A stretch of 64,000 bases of DNA from Mobiluncus sp. (GTDB taxonomy: Bacteria; Actinomycetota; Actinomycetes; Actinomycetales; Actinomycetaceae), in the NCBI RefSeq assembly GCF_034180645.1, contig NZ_JAXFNY010000016.1, positions 67,006-131,005 on the forward strand. Reading direction: 5' to 3'. Shown piece after piece: positions 46,448 through 56,053 of this stretch. Each line of letters begins with the position of its first letter. Position 1 is the stretch's first letter. Position numbers and translations under genes: made by a program. The notes beneath the pieces are model-generated. The model ran no database searches. It was not told the origin of the DNA and worked only from the letters and a program-made list of their open reading frames with translations.

Positions 46448-48067
46448 TTACTTAACCGTTACGCCGATAAGCTGCAGGCCAGTTACCCCAATGGGTGTCA
46501 GGTTGCTGACCTTGTCCTCCTTGTAACCGGTGTACAGAGTGTGGAACACCAGTGGGTACATTGCCGCCTGTTCAGCGATGGCGTCCTGCACCTTGCCCCA
46601 CTCGGTCTTGGCATCATCGCCAGTGGCTTTACCGGCAGCATCCATCGCGTCAACCAGGGCCTTAGCGGCAGCCGGGTCGGACTCGCTCAAGCGGTAACGT
46701 TCGTCCATCCACAACGGGCTGTAGAACCATCCCGCAGTCAGAATGCCGGGGTCGGCACCGAACACCGAGGCATCGCCAGGAGCGATAACGATGTCAAAGT
46801 CTCCTTGAGCAACGTTGTTATTCCACACGTCGCCGGAAGCCTTGCTGTCTAGGTGTACCTTCAAGCCCACTGCCTCCAGGTTCTGTTTAATCTGGGGACC
46901 CATAGCGGCAATCCAGGTATCGGTGGTGGTCAGCACGTTAACAGTCGCGCCTTCCGCGCCGCCTTCCTTAAGCAGGGACTTGGCTTTATCCGCGTCGAAA
47001 GTAAATTGCGTCGCGGCTTTCTTGTGCATCGGGTTGTATTCCGGCAAGAAAGAATCCGGTTCCGTACCGGCTCCGACCAAAGCGGTATCAATCAGGGTCT
47101 TCTTGTCGATAGCGGTCAGCACGCCCTGACGAGTCTTGTTGGAGTTGAACGGCGCCTTTGTGGTGTTGAACACAATCATGCCGATACCGTAGCCAGTAGC
47201 GCCTTCGACCTTCCATCCAGCAGCTTCCAAATCAGAAATGCCAGAGGGATCGACAGCTTCGACGACATCTGTGGTGCCATCCAAAGCCGCGGTTTGCCGA
47301 GCGTTAGAGTCACGGTTGCAGTCGTAGTGAATCTTTTCCACCGTGGCCGGGTTCGGTCCGTTGTAGTTCTCGTTGACCGACATGTCCACCGTGGTATCGG
47401 TGATGGAATCGTATTTGTAGGGGCCTGAACCAATCGGTTTGGAAGTCATGTCATCAAAGGTGGAGTCCTTGGGAACGACTTTGATGTCAGCCAAACGTGT
47501 CTTGAGGAATTCCATCGGCTGATTGAGCTTAATCGTCACCGTGGTGTCATCTTTGGCTTCGATGGAATCAATGAAAGTGATGAAAGCCGCGTAAGGGCTG
47601 GTCACATCGGTTCCACTAGAGTCCTTTTCGCCGTCCACGATGCGCTTGTAGGAAGATACGACATCCTCAGAGGTAACGGGAGTTCCATCACTGAACTTGG
47701 CTCCGTCGCGCAACGCGACTTCGTAAGTCGTATCGTCAATCTTGGTCGGCTCATCGTCTTTTGCCAAAGCCTTATGAGCTGTGAAATCAGAGTAATCAAA
47801 CTCGTAAAGACCCTCTACTACCTGCAGGTTCGCCCCGACAGCCAAAGCTGAGGAGGTGTTTAGAGGGTGCCAGTTAGTCGTGTCATAAGCCGCGAACACG
47901 TTGAGGGTGCCGGTGGGGCCAGCTTCCGGTTTGTCTCCAGCGTTGTCCTTCGGCGCGTCGCCTCCGCCACAAGCGCTCAGAGTCAGGGCGCAAGCGGCTG
48001 CAAATGCCGCCAGGCCAGACAGATGACGTTTCTTAAAGGGGGATGTCATTTTCGTTGCTCTCCTCAT
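46448..48067 (-). CDS. family 5 ABC substrate-binding lipoprotein (candidate sialic-acid binding protein)
   Basis: 539 aa. Signal peptide with lipobox LSAC. First gene of the transporter/nan operon. Confidence 0.9.
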   Translation of the reverse strand: MRRATKMTSPFKKRHLSGLAAFAAACALTLSACGGGDAPKDNAGDKPEAGPTGTLNVFAAYDTTNWHPLNTSSALAVGANLQVVEGLYEFDYSDFTAHKALAKDDEPTKIDDTTYEVALRDGAKFSDGTPVTSEDVVSSYKRIVDGEKDSSGTDVTSPYAAFITFIDSIEAKDDTTVTIKLNQPMEFLKTRLADIKVVPKDSTFDDMTSKPIGSGPYKYDSITDTTVDMSVNENYNGPNPATVEKIHYDCNRDSNARQTAALDGTTDVVEAVDPSGISDLEAAGWKVEGATGYGIGMIVFNTTKAPFNSNKTRQGVLTAIDKKTLIDTALVGAGTEPDSFLPEYNPMHKKAATQFTFDADKAKSLLKEGGAEGATVNVLTTTDTWIAAMGPQIKQNLEAVGLKVHLDSKASGDVWNNNVAQGDFDIVIAPGDASVFGADPGILTAGWFYSPLWMDERYRLSESDPAAAKALVDAMDAAGKATGDDAKTEWGKVQDAIAEQAAMYPLVFHTLYTGYKEDKVSNLTPIGVTGLQLIGVTVK

Positions 48068-48122
48068 TGAGTAGTAGTTAATCCTTACGAACTGGATTAC
48101 CTACAAGAGTAACAGGATACAA

Positions 48123-48135
48123 CTTGTCTGACAAG
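48123..48135. promoter_or_regulatory. candidate GntR/FadR-type operator palindrome
   Basis: CTTGTC-T-GACAAG is a perfect palindrome fitting the generic GntR half-site pattern GT-N-AC. It lies in the AT-rich divergent region between the SBP gene and the GntR gene. A related TGTCTGATAA sits inside the inverted repeat CTATAGC/GCTATAG at 48248-48275. Confidence 0.35.
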
Positions 48136-48282
48136 CATTTTGAATGATTTTCTGAAAATTCACTGAATTCTATTGAAATCACAATGTTTTTTTGCACCAG
48201 AACAGTCGTTCACAATTTTCTAAATAGCGATGTTATACTGATATGCCCTATAGCCTGTCTGATAACCTGCTATAGTTCCATC

Positions 48283-49011
48283 ATGCTCTCAGAAACAGGT
48301 TCACCAGCAAAGAAGCTCCGAAAAACTCGAAGCACTGCCGTTGAGGACAGCTCAGAAAAAATTAAGAACTACATCGCCCAAAACAATCTCTCACCTGGGG
48401 ATTGTCTGCCCTCCGAATCTGATCTATGCACAATCCTCGACGTCTCGCGTTCCTCGGTCAGAGAGGCTTTACGGCGTTTAGAAGCATTACAAATTGTGGA
48501 AGTTCGCCGCGGAATCGGCGCTTTCGTCGGTTCGCTGTCCATGTCGCCGCTGGTGGAAACCTTGGCATTCCGCACCGTTATGATGAGCCGAAATAACCTG
48601 GAAGGATTGCGCGAAATAGTGAAGGTTCGCCGTTACCTTGATTTAGGCATGGCTCAAAAGGTTTGTGACACCCTCAAAGGCATCCCTCAACCGGGTCTGG
48701 AAACTCTGGTGGAGTTGATGGAACGGCGAGCCAAAGCAGGCAAACTGTTTTCAGATGAAGATTACGCATTTCACGACGGAATCTTAGCGCTGCTCGACAA
48801 TGAGGTGATGCGCCAACTAGTGGGGTCATTTTGGAAAGTCAATGTTGCCTCACTTCCCCAATTGGGTACTCCTTCTACGGAAAGCCTCATCACCACCGCG
48901 ACATCTCACCGGGCTATGCTCAATGCTGCCATCAACGGTGACGTTCACGCCTACCGTCAAGCCGTCATGCAACACTATGCACCAGTTGAACAGACTCTGC
49001 ACCTGACCTAA
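48283..49011 (+). CDS. GntR/FadR-family transcriptional regulator (candidate NanR)
   Basis: wHTH LPSESDLCTILDVSRSSVREALRRLEAL plus an FCD-like C-terminal domain. I chose ATG 48283 (MLSETG); the track start is 48184. Confidence 0.8.
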   Translation: MLSETGSPAKKLRKTRSTAVEDSSEKIKNYIAQNNLSPGDCLPSESDLCTILDVSRSSVREALRRLEALQIVEVRRGIGAFVGSLSMSPLVETLAFRTVMMSRNNLEGLREIVKVRRYLDLGMAQKVCDTLKGIPQPGLETLVELMERRAKAGKLFSDEDYAFHDGILALLDNEVMRQLVGSFWKVNVASLPQLGTPSTESLITTATSHRAMLNAAINGDVHAYRQAVMQHYAPVEQTLHLT

Positions 49012-49104
49012 ACTCCCAATGCATTTCGCGAGAATCCGGCACATCACCACTGTCTCAGCCGACTTTTACCGAACTGAGCGGCGCAGGGAGGGCATAATTG
49101 AGCC

Positions 49105-49374
49105 ATGAAAGCAATCATGACTGTAACCGGAATCGACCACACCGGGATTATTGCGGCGGTAGCCAATGCCTGCGCCGCCCAGAACGCCAATATCACCAAC
49201 GTTTCCCAGACCCTGATGGGTTCGTACTTCACGATGATTATGCAACTGGAGCTGGACGACGCCCCAACCTCCCTGACGAACTTGCAGGAGGCCATGACTG
49301 AGGTGGAACGATCCCAGAACCTGGAAATCCGGGTGCAATCTGAAGCCATTTTCAACGTCATGCACACCCTGTAA
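49105..49374 (+). CDS. ACT-domain protein (UPF0237 family)
   Basis: 89 aa. MKAIMTVTGIDHTGIIAAV... is typical of UPF0237. Paired with the UPF0210 gene downstream. Confidence 0.85.
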   Translation: MKAIMTVTGIDHTGIIAAVANACAAQNANITNVSQTLMGSYFTMIMQLELDDAPTSLTNLQEAMTEVERSQNLEIRVQSEAIFNVMHTL

Positions 49375-49458
49375 TCGCCCACTATCCCCATCACGAACCC
49401 CGTATCCGCCCCGGAAGATGACCGGGAACCCTTCTGAATCCCCTATTGGAGCAAAACA

Positions 49459-50823
49459 ATGAGCTTAGACACCGAGCGACAAATCATGGAAACCATCCAG
49501 ATGATTTCCGAGGACAAACTGGACGTGCGCACCGTCACGATGGGCCTGTCGCTGCTGGATTGTGCCGATTCTGACGTGCAGCGCGCCTGCGCTCGTATCG
49601 AGGATCGTATCGTCAAGGCCGCCTCGCGCCTGGTGGCGACCGCTGGTGAGGTGTCGCGTGAGTTCGGGGTGCCGATTATCAACAAGCGGATTTCGGTCAC
49701 ACCAATTACCCTGGTGGCGGCCGCTTGCCGCACTTCGGATCCCTTGCCTTTTGCCCAAGCTCTGGATCGTGCCGGCAAGGCCGTCGGGGTCGACTTCGTG
49801 GGCGGGTATTCCGCGTTGGTTGAGGCGGGGGCCACACACAGCGACCTGGCCTTGATTGATTCCATTCCCGAGGCTCTGGCCAGCACGGATATCGTGTGTT
49901 CGTCGGTCAATATCGGTTCTACCCGCACCGGGATTAATATGTCGGCCGCGCGACGCATGGGTCAGGTGGTCGTGGATACGGCACAAGCGACCGCCGCGGC
50001 TGACGGGATTGGGGCGGCAAAGCTGGTCGTGTTCGCCAATGCGGTGGGCGACAATCCGTTCATGGCCGGGGCGTTTCACGGGGTCAGCCAGCCCGATACG
50101 GTCATTTCAGTAGGGATTTCTGGGCCGGGAGTGGTGCAGCGCGCCTTGCAAACGGTCCGGGGACGCCCTTTTGAGGAATGCGCCGAAGCCATCAAGAATT
50201 CAGCATTTAAGATAACCCGAATGGGTCAGCTGGTAGGACAGACCGTGGCGCAACGTCTGTCCGTACCTTTTGGAATCGTGGATTTGTCGCTGGCTCCCAC
50301 GGCTGAAGTCGGCGATTCCGTGGCGGCGATTCTGGAAGAAATGGGCGTCTCTGCAGTCGGTGCGCCGGGCACTACCGCCGCACTATTCCTGCTCAATGAC
50401 GCGGTGAAAAAGGGCGGACTGATGGCGTGCTCGATGGTGGGCGGCTTGTCGGGGTCTTTCATCCCTGTCTCGGAGGACATCAATATGATTCACGGCGTGC
50501 AGCGAGGTTCCATCACGATGGCAAAGCTCGAAGCCATGACGGCGATTTGTTCGGTGGGCCTGGACATGATTGCGATTCCCGGCGACACCACCCCCGCCAC
50601 GATTACCGGTTTAATCGCTGATGAGGCCGCTATTGGCACCGCTTCGGGCAAGACTACCGCGGTACGGGTCATACCGGTTCCGGGCAAGGGCGTGGGGGAC
50701 AGCGCCAACTTTGGAGGACTGCTGGGGTGGGCGCCGGTGATGGAGGTTTCCCAATTTTCCTCCGCTGATTTCGCGGCTCGCGGCGGGAGGATTCCTGCCC
50801 CGGTGCATTCCTTTAGGAACTGA
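49459..50823 (+). CDS. PFL-like / UPF0210 (DUF711) family protein
   Basis: 454 aa. The N-terminus [25 protein letters not shown] is typical of UPF0210. Confidence 0.85.
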   Translation: MSLDTERQIMETIQMISEDKLDVRTVTMGLSLLDCADSDVQRACARIEDRIVKAASRLVATAGEVSREFGVPIINKRISVTPITLVAAACRTSDPLPFAQALDRAGKAVGVDFVGGYSALVEAGATHSDLALIDSIPEALASTDIVCSSVNIGSTRTGINMSAARRMGQVVVDTAQATAAADGIGAAKLVVFANAVGDNPFMAGAFHGVSQPDTVISVGISGPGVVQRALQTVRGRPFEECAEAIKNSAFKITRMGQLVGQTVAQRLSVPFGIVDLSLAPTAEVGDSVAAILEEMGVSAVGAPGTTAALFLLNDAVKKGGLMACSMVGGLSGSFIPVSEDINMIHGVQRGSITMAKLEAMTAICSVGLDMIAIPGDTTPATITGLIADEAAIGTASGKTTAVRVIPVPGKGVGDSANFGGLLGWAPVMEVSQFSSADFAARGGRIPAPVHSFRN

Positions 50824-50951
50824 TTTCCGCCAGTTTTCAACAAATTTTGCCGCTGCGTGGGTTTATTTTCACGCACGAAATAAAACTGACCGGTCAGTTC
50901 AGCTGCCCAGATGTCATGGAAGCCTTGAATCTGGCCAACGCACTTTCACCA

Positions 50952-51003
50952 CGACCCCACAATTCACGGCCTAGCGACCCCACAATTCACGGCCTAGCGA
51001 CCC
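50952..51003. repeat. 23-bp tandem repeat, about 2.3 copies
   Basis: CGACCCCACAATTCACGGCCTAG occurs twice perfectly (50952-50974 and 50975-50997), followed by a partial CGACCC. Confidence 0.85.
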
Positions 51004-51143
51004 GAAAGTCGCGTCATATCAACGATTTCACGTAGGAGCTCAAGGCGGTGATTATGAGCGGGAGAAAGCACGAGGGAGGTCTCGCAAAAGTTCCCGAAAC
51101 GCGCCGCGCTCCAGCGAAACCCAGCGGAAAAGCCGCGCTCCCC

Positions 51144-52406
51144 CTAGTGAATGGTAATCTTGCCGATGACCTCGTGGGCTTTCGCGCGCGCCTGGTCGGT
51201 GTCAGCCCCGGTCGCCAGGGCAACGGCCATGCGTCTGCCCTCGTGAGCCACCGGCTTGCCAAAGATTCTCAGCTGCGCGTCCGGGCTGACTTGCAGAGCC
51301 GCGCCCAAGCCCGTGTAGCACGGCTGGTCTGACTCGACAGGAGACTTCAGGGGCACCGAAGCTCCGGCACTAGCATCGGGGAACATGGACGTGTCCACAG
51401 GCAGTCCCAAAATCGCCCTCGCGTGCAGGTCAAACTCGTTTTGCGGCTGGGTAATCATGGTGACCATGCCGGTGTCGTGGGGGCGTGGGGAGAGCTCCGA
51501 GAAATACACATCCTCACCTTTGACGAACATCTCAACCCCAAAAATGCCCAGCATCGGATTTTCGGCGTCCGCATTTGCGGACTTGCCGCTCGCCGCGGCC
51601 GCCCGCGCGGTGTCAGCCGCCAGTGCATCGAGGACTTTCTGGGCAGTGACCTGGGCTTTTTTGAGGATTTCAGGTTTCATCGCTTGGGGCTGCCAGGATT
51701 CCACATAATCCCCGGAGGACTGCCGGTGCCCGATAGGCGCGCAAAAACTGGTGCGAACCTGCATCGGGTCAGCCGGGTCCAGGTGGCGCACGCTCAACAG
51801 GGTGATTTCGTAGTCAAAAGCGATTTCGCCCTCCACGATGACCCGCCCGGTATCGGCACGAGCCCCGGAGCAGGCCTCCCGCCAAGCGGCGGGCAGGTCC
51901 TCGGCACGCTCCACGCGAGACTGGCCGTGACCCGAGGAGGACATGGTGGGCTTCACGAAACAGGGGAACCCGACCTTTTCGGCTCCTTCCTGTAGTGCCG
52001 CCAACGAGTCGGCGAAAGCAAAAGGCGAAGTCGGAACGTTTGCTGCCGTGGCGGCCAGGGTGCGGATGCCTTGGCGGTCAAAAGTCAGTTCCACCACTCG
52101 TGAGGAAGGTACGACTCGTGTCCCCTCCCCCGCGGCCGCAACCAGCGGGCTGGAGGCAAGTTTCTCGACTTCAGGAACAATCAGGTCAGGACGCTCCGCC
52201 GCGATCACAGCCTCGAGCGCCTCGGCATCGGTCATGTCCAACACGCGATGTGAGGTGGCAACCTGCATGGCGGGCGCCCCCGCGTATGAATCGCAAGCGA
52301 CGACCTGGCATCCCAGTCGCTGCAAGGAAATCGTCAGTTCTTTGCCCAGCTCGCCCGCGCCGAGCAGCAAGATTTTTACCGGAAAAGTCAGTGGGAAATC
52401 GCTCAT
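51144..52406 (-). CDS. purT: formate-dependent phosphoribosylglycinamide formyltransferase
   Basis: 420 aa. ATP-grasp protein, PurT-like along its full length (KILLLGAGELGKE..., RVLDMTD). Confidence 0.9.
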   Translation of the reverse strand: MSDFPLTFPVKILLLGAGELGKELTISLQRLGCQVVACDSYAGAPAMQVATSHRVLDMTDAEALEAVIAAERPDLIVPEVEKLASSPLVAAAGEGTRVVPSSRVVELTFDRQGIRTLAATAANVPTSPFAFADSLAALQEGAEKVGFPCFVKPTMSSSGHGQSRVERAEDLPAAWREACSGARADTGRVIVEGEIAFDYEITLLSVRHLDPADPMQVRTSFCAPIGHRQSSGDYVESWQPQAMKPEILKKAQVTAQKVLDALAADTARAAAASGKSANADAENPMLGIFGVEMFVKGEDVYFSELSPRPHDTGMVTMITQPQNEFDLHARAILGLPVDTSMFPDASAGASVPLKSPVESDQPCYTGLGAALQVSPDAQLRIFGKPVAHEGRRMAVALATGADTDQARAKAHEVIGKITIH

Positions 52407-52468
52407 GAAACTATCCTAGCTTTTCCCCGCCGCGACTTTTACCGACCTTCAGGCAGCATGGTGTGACG

Positions 52469-52735
52469 TTATTTCTTTTTCCCGGTAGCACCCATATAGA
52501 TGCCGATGAGTATCATGGCGACGATAATCGACACAATCCACTGAATCCACTGCACACCACCGTTGGCGTTGGTGTAGCCAAACTGACCAACCAGCCAGCC
52601 GCCGATACCGGCGCCGAGCGCTCCGAGGATGATGGTCCACAGGATGCCGATAGGCTGCTCGCCGCGTTTAAAGAGTCTGGCTAGAGCGCCAATCACCGCG
52701 CCGGTCACAATCATGCCAATAAGCTGTCCCATCAA
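52469..52735 (-). CDS. GlsB/YeaQ/YmgE family stress-response membrane protein
   Basis: 88 aa with three hydrophobic helices. The GAVIGALARL pattern is typical of transglycosylase-associated proteins. Confidence 0.8.
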   Translation of the reverse strand: MMGQLIGMIVTGAVIGALARLFKRGEQPIGILWTIILGALGAGIGGWLVGQFGYTNANGGVQWIQWIVSIIVAMILIGIYMGATGKKK

Positions 52736-52985
52736 TCTATCCTTTCTTTATGGCCGTTCCAGATTCGGAATCGGCCTTTTCCAGGCTATCAAAACCTCCC
52801 GTGAGGCGCAGAACAGGGAGTTTGCCCCGTGTGACGGCGGCGACTCCCCGTAGCACCCGCGAGCGCCCCCAGCTTTTCCCGCAAGCTAGGGAATTCCCAG
52901 TTTCACTACCCTTTCGACTACGATAAGGGGAAAACTGTGGCATGAACCCGCCTCACCGGATTCTGAGCTAGATTAAGGAAACCTC

Positions 52986-54380
52986 GTGACAACCCCTCCC
53001 TCCTCCTCCGAGCAGCCCGTACTGACCAGCAACGCCGCTACTGGTCCCAGACACGGCGCTCAGACTGCGCACCGTTTCGCTACCCATTGGGGTTTCGTGC
53101 TGGCCTCCGTAGGCTCCGCCGTGGGCATGGCCAACGTTTGGGGTTTCCCCTATAAGCTCGGCAATAATGGCGGGGGCGCTTTCCTGCTTATCTATATTTT
53201 CTTTGTCCTGCTGTTCACCTATGTGGGTCTGCCAGCCGAGTTTGCCAACGGGAGACGCGCTCGTACCGGAACCTTGGGTACTTACCGGTCCGCCTGGGCC
53301 ACCCGTGGGGACCGGGCAGCCAAGGTCGGAAGCGCGTTGGGCTGGTTGCCGTTGGCAGGCTCGCTGTGTATCGCGATTGGGTACGCCGTCATTGTGGCCT
53401 ACGTTTGCAAAGCTCTGTTCGATTCCCTGACCGGGACACTGATGAAAACTGATACCGAAAAATGGTTTGAATCTTTTTCAGGAACGGGTTTTTCGGTGGT
53501 GCCGTTCCATATCATCGTCGTGGTAGGGACGTTGATTACCCTGTTCCTCGGGGCGAAAAGCATCGAAAAGACCAATCGCATCATGATGCCGGTTTTCTTT
53601 ATCATCTTTGTGATTCTGGCGATTCGCGTGGCACTGATGCCGGGTGTCGTTGAAGGCTACATCTTTATGCTAACTCCGCGCTGGGAGGCTCTCATCAACC
53701 CTATTGTCTGGGTGTGGGCGATGGGTCAAGCGTTCTTTTCCCTCTCGATTACCGGCAGCGGCATGATTGTCTACGGCGCTTATCTGCCCGATGACGAGGA
53801 CGTGGTGAAGGTGTCGCAGCGCACAGGTTTCTTTGACACTCTCGCTGCGGTGGTAGCCGCCCTGGTCATTATCCCCGCGTGTTTCGCTTATAACACTGAC
53901 GTCGGAGCCGGGCCGGGCCTGCTGTTTGTGACCCTACCCGCCATCATGCAAGATATTCCGCTGGGTCAGCTGTTCGCGGTGATTCTGTATGTAGCCATGA
54001 TTTTTGCCGGGGTCAGTTCGCTGCAAAATATGTTTGAAGCCGTGGGCGAATCGTTGCTGCACCGGTTCCCGGGCCTGAACCGCGTAGTCATGTTGGTCGG
54101 CTTGTGCGTGCTGGCGCTCGGAGCGGGCTTGGGCATGGAGGCGATTAGCTCTTGGGGGCCGTGGATGGATTTGGTCTCCATCTACATCATTCCGCTCGGG
54201 GCGAGCGTGGGCGCCATCACCTGGTTCTGGGTCATGAAAAAGGACGACTTAATGGAAGCAATCAATCGGGGAGCCGCGCGGCCTCGCGGGACTTTCTGGC
54301 TTTCGGTGGGGCGCTTCGTCTATGTGCCGCTGGCCATCATTTTGTGCGCCATCGCTCTCATCGGCAAGGTCGCGTTCTAG
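52986..54380 (+). CDS. neurotransmitter:sodium symporter (NSS/SNF) family transporter
   Basis: 464 aa. The N-terminal NSS signature WGFVLASVGSAVGMANVWGFPY and a multi-TM topology. Confidence 0.85.
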   Translation: MTTPPSSSEQPVLTSNAATGPRHGAQTAHRFATHWGFVLASVGSAVGMANVWGFPYKLGNNGGGAFLLIYIFFVLLFTYVGLPAEFANGRRARTGTLGTYRSAWATRGDRAAKVGSALGWLPLAGSLCIAIGYAVIVAYVCKALFDSLTGTLMKTDTEKWFESFSGTGFSVVPFHIIVVVGTLITLFLGAKSIEKTNRIMMPVFFIIFVILAIRVALMPGVVEGYIFMLTPRWEALINPIVWVWAMGQAFFSLSITGSGMIVYGAYLPDDEDVVKVSQRTGFFDTLAAVVAALVIIPACFAYNTDVGAGPGLLFVTLPAIMQDIPLGQLFAVILYVAMIFAGVSSLQNMFEAVGESLLHRFPGLNRVVMLVGLCVLALGAGLGMEAISSWGPWMDLVSIYIIPLGASVGAITWFWVMKKDDLMEAINRGAARPRGTFWLSVGRFVYVPLAIILCAIALIGKVAF

Positions 54381-54551
54381 GAATTTTAGTTCTGGAATAT
54401 CTCCGTTCATGGCGAACGCAGCAGCAACCCAATCGCCACTACCGGAGCCACATTTTACCGTTTATAGCCGCCATAAATTTAGTATTATAAGCGCCACAAA
54501 TTTGGTATTGTAGCGTTCATATTTTTCCTATTAAACCTGGTGGGGCGGGAT

Positions 54552-55526
54552 TTAGTGCCAGGTTTCGCGGTGCAACTGGGCGCGTGAGGCCGGTTCCAGC
54601 TGGATTGTGGTGTGAAAAATCGAGATGCCATGATGGTTTTGCAGGCAGTTCTCTATCTCGCTCAAAATCTCGAGGCTGTGCCCGTCATGGAAACATTCGT
54701 CAGCCAGCACCACGTGAGCGCTAAGCACCGGCAGGTCCGAGGAAACCGCGGAGGCGTGCAGGTCATGCACCGCTAAAACGTGAGGCAGCTCCAACAGATG
54801 CGCCCGGACCTGGTCCAAATCCAAATCCCGAGGGGTGGATTCCAGCAAAATTGCCCCCGCCGGACGCAAAATCATGATGGCCCGAGGCACGATGAGCGCG
54901 GCGATGACCAGCGCCGCCACGGAATCAATCTGGGTCCACCCGGTCAAGCGCATCACCACCGCGCTAATGATAACCGCTACGGACCCCAGGGAATCATTCA
55001 GGACCTCCAGGAACGCGGCGCGCAGGTTCAGGTTGTTCTGCCGGGAACTCAACAGGATAGTCAGGCTAATGAGGTTGCCGACCAAGCCGATAATCCCCAC
55101 CACCAGCAGCGCCTGGGCCTCGATGTTTTCGGGGTGTATCAGACGTTTGATGGCTTCGATGGATGCAAACACACCGATGGTAATCAGCAGCAGGGACTGC
55201 AACGCTGCCGAGATAACCTCGGCGCGCCGCCACCCCCACGTGAGCCGATCCGTCGCCGGACGCTGCTGCAAACTGGCTGCTACCAGCGCAAAAGTCAGAC
55301 CGACACAGTCGGTGAGCATATGCCCCAAGTCCACCAGCAGGGTCAAACTGCCGGTCAGAGCCGCGCCCACAATTTCTGCCAGCAACACCGTGATAGTTAC
55401 CGCCAGCGCTGCCCGGAGCTGTCCACGACCGGCCTTGTGCGAGTGAGTATGAGTGTGCGAATGGCCGCCCGAACCGTGCGGCTCGTGGGGGTCGCTGGAC
55501 TCCTGAGCTTCCTGATGATGCTGCAT
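54552..55526 (-). CDS. cation diffusion facilitator (CDF) family metal efflux transporter
   Basis: 324 aa. His-rich N-terminus (HGSGGHSHTHTHSH), TM2/TM5 HxxxD-type sites, and a C-terminal cytoplasmic domain. Confidence 0.9.
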   Translation of the reverse strand: MQHHQEAQESSDPHEPHGSGGHSHTHTHSHKAGRGQLRAALAVTITVLLAEIVGAALTGSLTLLVDLGHMLTDCVGLTFALVAASLQQRPATDRLTWGWRRAEVISAALQSLLLITIGVFASIEAIKRLIHPENIEAQALLVVGIIGLVGNLISLTILLSSRQNNLNLRAAFLEVLNDSLGSVAVIISAVVMRLTGWTQIDSVAALVIAALIVPRAIMILRPAGAILLESTPRDLDLDQVRAHLLELPHVLAVHDLHASAVSSDLPVLSAHVVLADECFHDGHSLEILSEIENCLQNHHGISIFHTTIQLEPASRAQLHRETWH

Positions 55527-55705
55527 AAGCGTCCGTCCTGTGTTTTCTGCGTAGACAACGACTGTGCCGCTACTTAGTCTAGCCTAAGTCTCGGATTTTG
55601 CTTTTCGGTGTCTCGCGTTAAAACCTGACGCCAAAGAACCGGGATTTCTTGCCGCGAGGCAGTCACCCGGCGCTTTGGCATCAAGCTAAAGGAAGGCGTC
55701 GATTG

Positions 55706-56053
55706 TTACTTTTCCTGACGGCGACGCGCCAACACCAGCAGTAATACCCCAGCAGAAGCCGTAAGTACAGCCACCAGGGACACAGTCTGGGCAGACAGAC
55801 CGGTACGCGCCAAGGCCGGGGTCTCTGTACTGGCCAAGACCGGAGCCACAGGCGTTGCTGTCCGAGCACCTAACGGCGGGTTCACCGAGCCGGGGATGTT
55901 AGCGTTCGAAGCCAGAGCTGCGGGTGCAGAACTCTGGTCCATATTCAGCTCATCAGCGAGAGCGGCCGGGGCAGAGGCAATTCCTCCCCCAATTAGCAAG
56001 CCGAAGAACGCGGCGAGAGCAAACAGGCGATTTCTCAATCTGGGCATAAGCAT
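55706..56053 (-). CDS. small LAxTG-motif cell-wall-anchored surface protein
   Basis: 115 aa. Signal peptide, Ala/Pro/Ser-rich stalk, sorting signal LARTG, hydrophobic stretch LSAQTVSLVAVLTASAGVLLLVLA, then basic tail RRRQEK. Confidence 0.65.
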   Translation of the reverse strand: MLMPRLRNRLFALAAFFGLLIGGGIASAPAALADELNMDQSSAPAALASNANIPGSVNPPLGARTATPVAPVLASTETPALARTGLSAQTVSLVAVLTASAGVLLLVLARRRQEK

